This document shows positions 37,582-45,522 of a stretch of DNA of 64,000 nucleotides, one piece after another; positions within the stretch are counted from its first letter, which is position 1; each line of letters begins with the position of its first letter. The notes beneath the pieces were generated by a model. The model was not told the DNA's origin and made no database searches. It was given only the letters and a program-made list of their open reading frames with translations. Both the position numbers and the translations under genes were made by a program. The stretch lies in sequence record NC_041994.1. The stretch is one strand, 5' to 3'.

Positions 37582-38422
37582 AACTACTGGCGTTGTATTC
37601 TCCACTCCGTTCAGCTCGCTGATCGAACCTTTGAAGCAGACCGATCTGGTCAACCTCAAAGCTATGCCGATGGAAAGTATCCCAGCCGGCGCTAACCCGT
37701 TCCACCACGATGCGTCCAACATGGGCACGACGCTGTCTCGTGGCTGGATGATGATGCACCAAGGCGAGTTCTCGGACCATGGCCTGACGCAACCCTACCT
37801 GGTCAACACTATCACTGGTCAGCGCTTCCTGCTGAACTTCGAGGCGCAAGAAGAGACTTACCTCGACGCTGTGTGGTGTGGCGATCTGGACATCGACGAA
37901 GGTGAGCTGTACGTCTGGTCTCGTAGCTATCAGTTCGCTGAGTTCTACACGCTGATCGACCACCTGCGTATCAAGGCCATGGGTAAACAAGGCCTGGTGC
38001 GTGGTTACAAGCATTCGCCGGTCTATGTCTACGTCGTTAACCACTTCGTGCGTTTCGATGTGGTGTGTGACGGTGAGGCCTTCGACAAGTGGTGCAAAGA
38101 CGAAGAGATCATTGTCGACATCAACCACCCGGCCGTACTCGCTGCCAAGCGTTATGAGGCAGCGCAGTTGATGGTGGCTGCTACCAACGAACAGGTCGGT
38201 CCTGTTGTGATCATCGACGAAGACGCCGTACGTAAGCGTCTGGTGATCGAAGACCTGCAAGCGGAGAATGAGTTCCGTGCTGACGAGCACGTTCTGGATA
38301 CTAAAACCAAACACTACCCCACTAACCTGAACCAGAATGCTGACTTCACCGACACCACGGTGCTGGACCGCAAGCACGGTGATAAAGGTGTTCATGTCCA
38401 TGTTGTTAAGGATGGCGAATAA
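37568..38422 (+). CDS. Hypothetical protein
   Basis: GAGGAGG SD before ATG 37568; 284 aa. Confidence 0.7.
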   Translation: MKRTKTTGVVFSTPFSSLIEPLKQTDLVNLKAMPMESIPAGANPFHHDASNMGTTLSRGWMMMHQGEFSDHGLTQPYLVNTITGQRFLLNFEAQEETYLDAVWCGDLDIDEGELYVWSRSYQFAEFYTLIDHLRIKAMGKQGLVRGYKHSPVYVYVVNHFVRFDVVCDGEAFDKWCKDEEIIVDINHPAVLAAKRYEAAQLMVAATNEQVGPVVIIDEDAVRKRLVIEDLQAENEFRADEHVLDTKTKHYPTNLNQNADFTDTTVLDRKHGDKGVHVHVVKDGE

Positions 38423-38799
38423 TGTTCGAGTTAGCCGTCCCTCTCAGCAAGGTACATGAAACCCCTGTCGAGATGCCACCGGGGTTTCGTGATCGTCACA
38501 TTGACTTTGCCAACATGTGGGTGCATGCATGGGACCATCGTGCTCCGTCTGTACCCAATGGCGAAAGCAGTGGTCACAACTACCGTCTGTATCCGCTGGA
38601 ACACACTCACGCGGTGGGTGTCTATGTTTTCGGTGTTAAGGAAGACATGACGCCACAGTGCTATGAGCCATCGTTCCGTATCGTGCTCGACATGCACCAC
38701 GGCACGTACCAAGTCACCGATGTGAGTCTGCATTGGGAAAGCTTGGTAGAAGATCTGGAGCCTAGCGAACTCCCTGTAGCGATCTTCAACTTCCTCTGA
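38422..38799 (+). CDS. Hypothetical protein
   Basis: TAATG overlap with upstream stop; 125 aa. Confidence 0.65.
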   Translation: MFELAVPLSKVHETPVEMPPGFRDRHIDFANMWVHAWDHRAPSVPNGESSGHNYRLYPLEHTHAVGVYVFGVKEDMTPQCYEPSFRIVLDMHHGTYQVTDVSLHWESLVEDLEPSELPVAIFNFL

Positions 38800-38835
38800 C
38801 GGCATAGCGCCAGCCCTTCGGGGCTGGCCTATGTT
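38800..38835. terminator. Hairpin-family member (variant stem)
   Basis: CGGCATAGCGCCAGCCC-ttcg-GGGCTGGCCTATG. Confidence 0.7.
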
Positions 38836-38865
38836 TGATTGGAATAGATTTGAGATCTATATCAC
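38835..38865 (+). promoter_or_regulatory. Putative early promoter, copy 2
   Basis: TTGATTGGAATAGATTTGAGATCTATATCAC; matches 35557-35587. Confidence 0.6.
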
Positions 38866-38919
38866 GCACGTGAGTTATGAAGCTTCACCTATTTCAAACC
38901 TGACCCTTGGGGACAAACC

Positions 38920-39105
38920 ATGAAAAATATTAAAGCGCTGTTCAATGCTGTGGTAGTTGCTGTTTCGGTAGCAGGTTCTGTGTCGGCTGTCGCTGTGATG
39001 GTTAAGGTTGGACAGCTGCCGAACGAACAGGTCACTGACTCGCGCACAGTCATTGGCCACCGGGTTACCCCCATGGGCGAGGAAGTTCTCGTCTACGCTA
39101 ACTAA
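38920..39105 (+). CDS. 61-aa protein with N-terminal hydrophobic helix
   Basis: GGGGA SD; first gene after promoter copy 2. Confidence 0.6.
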   Translation: MKNIKALFNAVVVAVSVAGSVSAVAVMVKVGQLPNEQVTDSRTVIGHRVTPMGEEVLVYAN

Positions 39106-39132
39106 AAAACAAATTCGTGTAAGGTAAAAGTC

Positions 39133-39354
39133 ATGAGTGACTTCTTTGAAATGCGTGAAGCACTGGAACGTAAGAAAGCAGACGACGCAGACCGTCGACT
39201 GCATGGCCGCATCTACCAGGCCATTCTTGTTCTGATCATTGGTGCCGGTGTCGGTATCACTGATGGTATCCGTCAACTGGAACAACCGGTTGGCCAGGTC
39301 ACCCACGTTTCCCAAACCAGCGTAACGTACACCATGCTGGCCAAGAGCAACTAA
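39133..39354 (+). CDS. 73-aa single-pass membrane protein
   Basis: AAGG SD; IYQAILVLIIGAGVGI. Confidence 0.6.
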   Translation: MSDFFEMREALERKKADDADRRLHGRIYQAILVLIIGAGVGITDGIRQLEQPVGQVTHVSQTSVTYTMLAKSN

Positions 39355-39378
39355 CCCCACCCCCGCAGGAGTTCTACC

Positions 39379-39708
39379 ATGTCCGTTAAGATCGGCGGCT
39401 TTGCCGCATTCATGATTGCAATCGTTGTAGCTGGCGGTATCGAACGCGTTGTCCACACTGTGGTCAATCGTCCGAAACCAAAGCGTAAGTCTGATGCACA
39501 GGAAGCGTTCTGGAAAGCCCTGCACGCAGCCATCGTGGAAACCCGCAATGGTCCCAACTACCAGACCACCGAAGACTTCCGCGAAGTGGTCAACAACAAG
39601 GTCGCAGCTGCCTTTACAGCGGCAACGATCGACGCCCGTGATCGCAAGGAGCTGGATGATTTCCTGTCCCTGCTTCAAGCGAAGTGGGACGTGATCAACG
39701 CCGGCTAA
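39379..39708 (+). CDS. N-anchored membrane protein (109 aa)
   Basis: AGGAG SD; IGGFAAFMIAIVVAGGI. Confidence 0.7.
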   Translation: MSVKIGGFAAFMIAIVVAGGIERVVHTVVNRPKPKRKSDAQEAFWKALHAAIVETRNGPNYQTTEDFREVVNNKVAAAFTAATIDARDRKELDDFLSLLQAKWDVINAG

Positions 39709-39714
39709 GCACTA

Positions 39715-39742
39715 ACCCTCCCCAGACGGGGAGGGATTTATT
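39715..39742 (+). repeat. Hairpin subfamily B, copy 1 (terminator-like)
   Basis: ACCCTCCCC-agac-GGGGAGGGATTTATT; 27/28 identical to 40164-40191. Confidence 0.75.
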
Positions 39743-39789
39743 TTCTGTCCCGCTGTACTTTTTATCTAACCAAACCCGTGAGGTGTAAC

Positions 39790-40149
39790 ATGTCATCTGT
39801 ACTAGCTCTTACCGCAGGCATTAAAGAAAGCGACGATCTCATCGGTCGACGCATGCATTTGGTCACCGTCACTATCCGAGACCGTAAGGAACTCAAAGAC
39901 CTTCACAGCAATACCGAGTATGTTGCTGCTGTGGCAGCTTATAACACGCTCTGTGATGGGCTGGTCAAGTTCAGTGGTGATATGGTCGGACTCTCCGAGC
40001 ATGTTGCTAAAATCCGTACGCAGGCCCGGGTTGTTGCACAGCTGGTCGAAGACTACTATGCCAAAACAGAAACGCCCGATACCGCCTTTGGTATGGCCCG
40101 CGTGCAGATGTTCTACCCACCAGCTGGGTTTGACCGTCCGATCATCTGA
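39790..40149 (+). CDS. Hypothetical protein flanked by direct-repeat hairpins
   Basis: GAGG SD, ATG 39790. Confidence 0.65.
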   Translation: MSSVLALTAGIKESDDLIGRRMHLVTVTIRDRKELKDLHSNTEYVAAVAAYNTLCDGLVKFSGDMVGLSEHVAKIRTQARVVAQLVEDYYAKTETPDTAFGMARVQMFYPPAGFDRPII

Positions 40150-40163
40150 TCCACACCATAACC

Positions 40164-40191
40164 ACCCTCCCCAGCCGGGGAGGGATTTATT
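40164..40191 (+). repeat. Hairpin subfamily B, copy 2
   Basis: ACCCTCCCC-agcc-GGGGAGGGATTTATT. Confidence 0.75.
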
Positions 40192-40229
40192 ATCTGTGTG
40201 GCTTTTCTTTTTTACGCAGGAGGTTTTAC

Positions 40230-40577
40230 GTGGAGATTTTCTATAAGCTGTTGGAGTCGGCTAAGGCTGACAAGATCAATGGCATTGATCGCAAGATGCG
40301 TTTGCTGTGGCTGACCATCGGTCGTGAACCACAGTTCAAGCCGCTGTCTGATTCGCTGGAGTACGCCACGAAGTATGAAGAGTACTTCACCTTGGTTGCC
40401 AAGAACCAAAGCCAGATGAACATGCAAGAGATCCTCACGCATACTGGCGAAGTTCAGAACAAGGTCGGGGAAGTCCTCGACATGATCAGCACGTTCTGCA
40501 CCAAGAACAAAAAGAAACTCAAGGTGACCACCATCACCCAAACTAAAGACATCGATAACCTGTTGTCGCATTCCTAA
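40230..40577 (+). CDS. Hypothetical protein
   Basis: AGGAGG SD, GTG start. Confidence 0.65.
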   Translation: MEIFYKLLESAKADKINGIDRKMRLLWLTIGREPQFKPLSDSLEYATKYEEYFTLVAKNQSQMNMQEILTHTGEVQNKVGEVLDMISTFCTKNKKKLKVTTITQTKDIDNLLSHS

Positions 40578-40598
40578 TCTAACTAAGAGGTAGTAGCA

Positions 40599-41000
40599 AT
40601 GTCCGAGAAACGTAGCCAACTGCTGCAAGGCCAAACTCTGAAAGAGATGGCTGAACATGCTTGTACCCTGTCCGCACTCGACGAAGGTCGATTCCATCGT
40701 TGGGAGTTCGGTAAGAACCAGGGTATGGTGTATGCCACCGAAACCTATTGCGTGTTCTTCAACGCAAAGGAAGAAGCATTCACCGGCAGCTTCAGTGTGT
40801 TCGCGGATCGTGAATACAAGCGCAAGTTCATGGAGGTTGCTACCCTCTTGTACAAACGGCGGTTCTCCATGGAACACCTGTTCGAGATGATGGACAACCT
40901 CAACATGGTGTCGCCTCAGGTCAAGCTGGATGTCCAGGAGCTGATCGATTACGAGACCAGCTTCAACGCACACATTGCCGCAACGGGAGGTGTGCTGTGA
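40599..41000 (+). CDS. Hypothetical protein
   Basis: GAGG SD; 133 aa. Confidence 0.65.
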   Translation: MSEKRSQLLQGQTLKEMAEHACTLSALDEGRFHRWEFGKNQGMVYATETYCVFFNAKEEAFTGSFSVFADREYKRKFMEVATLLYKRRFSMEHLFEMMDNLNMVSPQVKLDVQELIDYETSFNAHIAATGGVL

Positions 41001-41311
41001 CGCTGCATGACTTGGCGATGTGGATACTGTACAGTGCTTGGAGCAATGCGATACTGTGGGTGCTGGTGCTGTTGACGCTGTACATGGAGTTCAGGTACTG
41101 GCGTGCCCACACTCAGTACAACACCGCCATCGACGCTTCGTACATTGACCCAGACGACCCTAGTCCGGATCGAACGCTTGAGTTGATGCAGGAAGAGTTT
41201 GCTCGGATGCGGGTGCTAACTCGTAAATGGGTGAAACGCTTTTACTGGGCGATAGCAGGTGTGCTCATATACGCTCTCCTTATTACCGCTGCTAGTCACT
41301 ACCTCCGTTAA
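40997..41311 (+). CDS. 104-aa two-TM membrane protein, paralog A
   Basis: GGAGG SD, GTGA overlap; two hydrophobic helices. Confidence 0.65.
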   Translation: MTLHDLAMWILYSAWSNAILWVLVLLTLYMEFRYWRAHTQYNTAIDASYIDPDDPSPDRTLELMQEEFARMRVLTRKWVKRFYWAIAGVLIYALLITAASHYLR

Positions 41312-41319
41312 GGACGACT

Positions 41320-41634
41320 ATGAACTTCTACGCAATGTTGTTGTTTATTCTGTTCTCTCCCTGGGCTTGGCTGATCATGGGTGTGTTGGCGTTGGTGTTT
41401 ATCTACGCTAACGTCAGGTTCTCAGTGACCAACGCGGTTAACCGCCGGTTACTCGCCCCCAACCTAGAGAACCCAAGGACACCCCAGCAACAGGCGGACA
41501 TGGTTCTGTACCTGAAGTCGATGTCACGCAAACATAAGCCAGGGTTCTGGTTCGTGGTCTTGCTGGTATCGGGTATAGCGCTGATTGTAATGATCGGTTT
41601 GCCCATGCTCTGCACTTACGCAGTACACTGCTAA
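41320..41634 (+). CDS. 104-aa two-TM membrane protein, paralog B
   Basis: AAGGA SD; same length, topology and IL[YF]SxW motif as A. Confidence 0.65.
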   Translation: MNFYAMLLFILFSPWAWLIMGVLALVFIYANVRFSVTNAVNRRLLAPNLENPRTPQQQADMVLYLKSMSRKHKPGFWFVVLLVSGIALIVMIGLPMLCTYAVHC

Positions 41635-41635
41635 G

Positions 41636-41676
41636 CGTCATAAGGCCCCTCCCGCTCTGGGAGGGGCTCTATGCCG
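41636..41676. terminator. Hairpin-family member between convergent genes
   Basis: CATAAGGCCCCTCCC-gctct-GGGAGGGGCTCTATGCCG plus T-tract. Confidence 0.8.
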
Positions 41677-41685
41677 TTTTTTCTT

Positions 41686-42747
41686 TTACTTGAGGACAAC
41701 CTCAAGGTAAACGATCATCGCTTCACCTAGGCAGGCGATGCGCTCTTCGAGCTGTCGAATGAAGTAGTAGCCGAACTCGTCGTAAATCTCCATACCCCAC
41801 AAGGCGTTACTGAGCACGTCGTCGACTTCAGGGTAGTCGTAGTAGCCACGGATTGGAGGATCGGTGAAATCCAAGCCCATCAAGCCACCGTCATCGTTGT
41901 ATTGCTCAACGACAGCGTAGACTTCACAGAGGGTCTTCAGCTCACGGACCATGGCGACCAGTTCAGACTTCGATGGTCGTGGCAACGTGATCGGACCAGA
42001 CTCGTTAGGCAGACCCGGATCATAGTAGAACATCTTCTTGCCGGTCGATGGCGACACCGACAGGAAGGGTTCCTTACCCCAACCCAGATAGTTGTAACCA
42101 GTGTCTACCCATTTGTCAGCCAGACCACGGGTGCACTTGGCATTGATGCCTTGCAACACCTTGGCAAACTGTACGGCCTTCTCATCAGTCGGCTCACCGT
42201 AGAACGGCTTGAACTGACGTTCGATGTCAGCAAGGAATGCCTTCATGCGATCGAGTTCAGGCTTAGCCTTGGTGAAGGCGCTCTTGTACTGAGTCGTGTC
42301 GGCCTTAAGTGCAGCAGCCAGCTTACCATTGGCTGGAAAGAAAGGAGCGTAAGACTTCGGAATGGTGATCTGACCCGAGCCGTCTTGATAGGCTTCAATC
42401 AGGCCTTCAACTTCTTCATCCAACCAAACCAGGCGTTGCCAGAAAGGAACGTTTTCTTTTTTGGCTTCAGCTTCTTTCTTACCGCCGAGGATGAACCGCT
42501 TGATGCTGTCGAGCAGACCTTCCAGCGACACCACGCGTTTCCCGATGTCTTCACCAGACTTGTAGTCCTCCAGCGAGACGCTTGGGTATTCCGCCAATAA
42601 CGAATCAGCTACAGCATTGAAACGGACGACCTGTCCGTATTGTTCCATCCCCAGATTAGGGCGACGCAGTTTATATCCATGCAACAGGCAGCGTCTTACC
42701 CGTTTCAGTTGGTCTTCAGCGACAGCAATGTCGGCGGCGGTTAACAT
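41686..42747 (-). CDS. Probable proteolytically processed head protein
   Basis: GGAG SD at ATG 42747; VSLED and VSLEG motifs. Confidence 0.65.
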   Translation of the reverse strand: MLTAADIAVAEDQLKRVRRCLLHGYKLRRPNLGMEQYGQVVRFNAVADSLLAEYPSVSLEDYKSGEDIGKRVVSLEGLLDSIKRFILGGKKEAEAKKENVPFWQRLVWLDEEVEGLIEAYQDGSGQITIPKSYAPFFPANGKLAAALKADTTQYKSAFTKAKPELDRMKAFLADIERQFKPFYGEPTDEKAVQFAKVLQGINAKCTRGLADKWVDTGYNYLGWGKEPFLSVSPSTGKKMFYYDPGLPNESGPITLPRPSKSELVAMVRELKTLCEVYAVVEQYNDDGGLMGLDFTDPPIRGYYDYPEVDDVLSNALWGMEIYDEFGYYFIRQLEERIACLGEAMIVYLEVVLK

Positions 42748-42780
42748 GGTAGCTCCGTGTGTGTTGGTCAACATACGATG

Positions 42781-42813
42781 CGGCATAAAGCCTGCCCGAA
42801 GGCAGGCCGTATG
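42781..42813. terminator. Hairpin-family member (variant stem)
   Basis: CGGCATAAAGCCTGCC-cgaa-GGCAGGCCGTATG. Confidence 0.7.
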
Positions 42814-42814
42814 A

Positions 42815-43273
42815 TCAGTTGTAATCGGCGTAGATGACACTGTCGGCTTTTGCCGTATAGCGCACATAGTTGTTGGCTTCGTTAAACAGGATCTGGTAGC
42901 TGACCACCACATTCAAGCCGCACTTCTGCCACCATGCCTCGAATGTACCCCAATGATCAAACGTGAGTTCGGGGTACACCACACTGGCTTGAGCTTTGAA
43001 CTCAGTCATGAAGTGCAACATGTTCTCACGACGGATGTAGATGTAGATCGGCTTGCGCTGCTCAGGGTAGCGAAGCTGATGTTGCAGGGTGACCAAGATC
43101 TCCCGTACGAAGTTCTCGTAGTTTTTGCTTTGAGCCGGGGTCAGCTTAAGACAAGCCTGATAGAAGTAGTCGGCATTAACCCGACACTCTTCCAGGATCA
43201 TGCCTTTCTGTTCGAGCGTCAGTTCAGGGTCAAATGGATTGACCCCTTCCAGCTTTGGGTTGTTCAGTATCAT
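42815..43273 (-). CDS. 152-aa protein beginning with a large-terminase N-terminal-like motif
   Basis: PKLEGVNPFDPELTLEQKGMILEECRVNADYF resembles the recalled phiKZ-type TerL segment P.L.GVDP.DP.LT.EQK..I..EC..N.WYF; no ATPase motifs follow. Confidence 0.55.
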   Translation of the reverse strand: MILNNPKLEGVNPFDPELTLEQKGMILEECRVNADYFYQACLKLTPAQSKNYENFVREILVTLQHQLRYPEQRKPIYIYIRRENMLHFMTEFKAQASVVYPELTFDHWGTFEAWWQKCGLNVVVSYQILFNEANNYVRYTAKADSVIYADYN

Positions 43274-44808
43274 GCTGCGTCCCACCATGGCATTTCGTCC
43301 TCGGTACCCATCCGGCCACCACCTGGTGCTGCCACACTGCGATCTTCACCATCGACGTCCCACGGGATCGTACCGATGACTTCGAACGGCAATACGCAAT
43401 ACTGGTCTTTGGACGGGGTTACGTTGTTACGGTGCTTACCGCGAGCAATGGTCAGGTACTTCTTGCCATTGACTTCAACGATGTGGATCATCAGTTCCAG
43501 ATCCGGTTCTTGGCCCAGACGCTTACAGCCGTCATAGTAGCCTTTGTTGGCGACGTTACGGACAAAGTCATCGACGTTGTCACGGATCAGCAGCAGCGCC
43601 TCAGAGGACAGCTGATGCGGAGTAAGGAAGGTGATACCGCGTGGCGAGGTGAAGTTACGCACACGACGGAATAGTTGACGAATGTCGTCACCTGCAACCT
43701 TGGCCTCCAGCCCGGTCTTAGGCAGCATGTTCAGGTAGTCGACGATCAACATCTGGATTTCGTAGCCTTCAGCAATCAGGCCTTCCAAATGTTGAGTCAA
43801 TGCCGCAGCAGAGAACTCCGTCGGGTCAAAGCGGTCCATGCGTACTTCAAAGCCTGTCTCACGCAGTCGTGCAGAGACATAAGCAGAAGCTTCCTGGACG
43901 TTGATCTGATCTTCGATAACCGGTTGACCGGTCTCGTTTTCCTTGAGGTACTTGTAGACCCACAGCAGGTTATCCGCCACCTCGTTCTCAAACGAGATGA
44001 ACTGGATGAGGGGTTTACGGGTTACGTCCCGCATCACTGGCTTGTTGAACAAGCAGAAGTGAACGAACAGAGACATCATAAAGCCAGACTTGAACTGGTG
44101 CTGCAAACCGCCGACGATACCAAACTCGCCACGCTTGACTGCACCGATCTTGCCCAGCATCCGGTTAAGGCATTGCCAGCCTGTACGGAAAGCACCTTCG
44201 GTCGACAGCAAGTCTTTCACTGCACCGAATTGCTCTTCGAGCGCCGAGAGATCCGAGAAGTCCATCCCACCCATTTGGGCTGGGTGGTTCATCCGTTCCC
44301 GAGCGGCGACATAAGGCTCAAGCTTCATGCCCATCTCAGCGATCTCTGTTACCACGTCGGCTACAGAGGAGCGCTTGAAGGTCAGCTTGTGTTGGTATTC
44401 TTTGAGGATGCTGACGATTTTCTCTTCATTGAGATAACCAGACAGCTTACGGCGATACGAGTGAATGCGTTTAACGATCTCAGTCGTATCAGTAAAGGTT
44501 TCAGTCAGCGCAATAGCCAACGCTTCGTAGAGGTACTCTTCCTCACGGCAAGCGACCCGGAGCTGTTGCAGGATTTCTGTGTCGGTCGGGAAGTCTGGTC
44601 CATGCAGGGAGCACAACCAGATAACGATCTTGTAGATCTCGGTGAAGATCTGACGGCCACTGTCAATATCAATCGTGGCTTCGGGCTGCGGTAAGGCGTT
44701 GACGATCTCGGTGATAATGTTGGTGGACGGAGAAGTCGCCACCCCAGGTCGGTGTTCTAGGCACAACAGGCTAATGCACTGGATCAGTAGCTGTTTAGGA
44801 GTAAACAT
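43270..44808 (-). CDS. dnaB: Replicative DnaB-like helicase (phiKZ gp118-like)
   Basis: TGWQCLNRMLG, Walker A-like GGLQHQFKSG, FISFEN, Walker B LIVDYL, TPHQLS, IARGKHR arginine finger. Confidence 0.9.
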   Translation of the reverse strand: MFTPKQLLIQCISLLCLEHRPGVATSPSTNIITEIVNALPQPEATIDIDSGRQIFTEIYKIVIWLCSLHGPDFPTDTEILQQLRVACREEEYLYEALAIALTETFTDTTEIVKRIHSYRRKLSGYLNEEKIVSILKEYQHKLTFKRSSVADVVTEIAEMGMKLEPYVAARERMNHPAQMGGMDFSDLSALEEQFGAVKDLLSTEGAFRTGWQCLNRMLGKIGAVKRGEFGIVGGLQHQFKSGFMMSLFVHFCLFNKPVMRDVTRKPLIQFISFENEVADNLLWVYKYLKENETGQPVIEDQINVQEASAYVSARLRETGFEVRMDRFDPTEFSAAALTQHLEGLIAEGYEIQMLIVDYLNMLPKTGLEAKVAGDDIRQLFRRVRNFTSPRGITFLTPHQLSSEALLLIRDNVDDFVRNVANKGYYDGCKRLGQEPDLELMIHIVEVNGKKYLTIARGKHRNNVTPSKDQYCVLPFEVIGTIPWDVDGEDRSVAAPGGGRMGTEDEMPWWDAA

Positions 44809-44924
44809 TTCTTATGGAGTCCGTAACCGAGTGTTTTAACTAACGTATGATGAACAGCGTCTGTATTAGTTTGTATATTTGTATGATGGTTTTGACAGCT
44901 GTATTCCCCGCAGGTGAGCGCGAT

Positions 44925-45434
44925 ATGACTACGTTAGTGGTAGTACCGAAGGACGTCGCCGCAGTCATCGAGGGTCAAGGTCTTAACTTTGACCTGTTCA
45001 AAGATACCAACAGTATGTTGAAGTATCTGTCCGCTGCTGACGTAGCCGACATCGTGATTGCGTCGAACGACTTTCCGTTTGACTACGGCTCCATGTTTAC
45101 TATTGATATGGAGCAAAACCTGCATGCGTTCATGCAGGCCAACGAACTTGCCGATAAAGCACGTCGAATCCAAAGCCGTCTTGAAACCGCCCAGCTGAAG
45201 TTTGCTGCGGAGGTAGATAGCTTTGTGCCGGCGTATAAGCTTTATTGTGTAGACGAGAAGCTATGGGTTGCGGTGCAGCAGAGGCAGCACGTCGGTGATA
45301 GCGATCCTAAGCGGCTTCTTTTGAAAGTGAACAGCGATTTCTTCGATTCGCTGCTTGCACAAGCGATGCATACTACATCTTTTGAGAAAGTGTGCACCAC
45401 AAACCTGTTCAACGATTATTTGAGCTCGCTCTGA
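44925..45434 (+). CDS. Conserved protein preceding the major capsid protein (phiKZ gp119-like)
   Basis: AGGTG SD before ATG 44925; synteny. Confidence 0.65.
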   Translation: MTTLVVVPKDVAAVIEGQGLNFDLFKDTNSMLKYLSAADVADIVIASNDFPFDYGSMFTIDMEQNLHAFMQANELADKARRIQSRLETAQLKFAAEVDSFVPAYKLYCVDEKLWVAVQQRQHVGDSDPKRLLLKVNSDFFDSLLAQAMHTTSFEKVCTTNLFNDYLSSL

Positions 45435-45444
45435 TGTTTACACT

Positions 45445-45454
45445 TATGTGTATG
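45445..45454 (+). promoter_or_regulatory. Candidate late (nvRNAP) promoter, tandem TATG
   Basis: TATG at 45445 and 45451 in the 5' leader of the capsid gene; TATG is the known phiKZ late consensus but is short. Confidence 0.45.
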
Positions 45455-45522
45455 GGTTAGAACGCGTTTAGGTAGCCCTGCTTAAGCAGCAAACAGAAAA
45501 CTCCTCTATAGGGAACCGCTCC

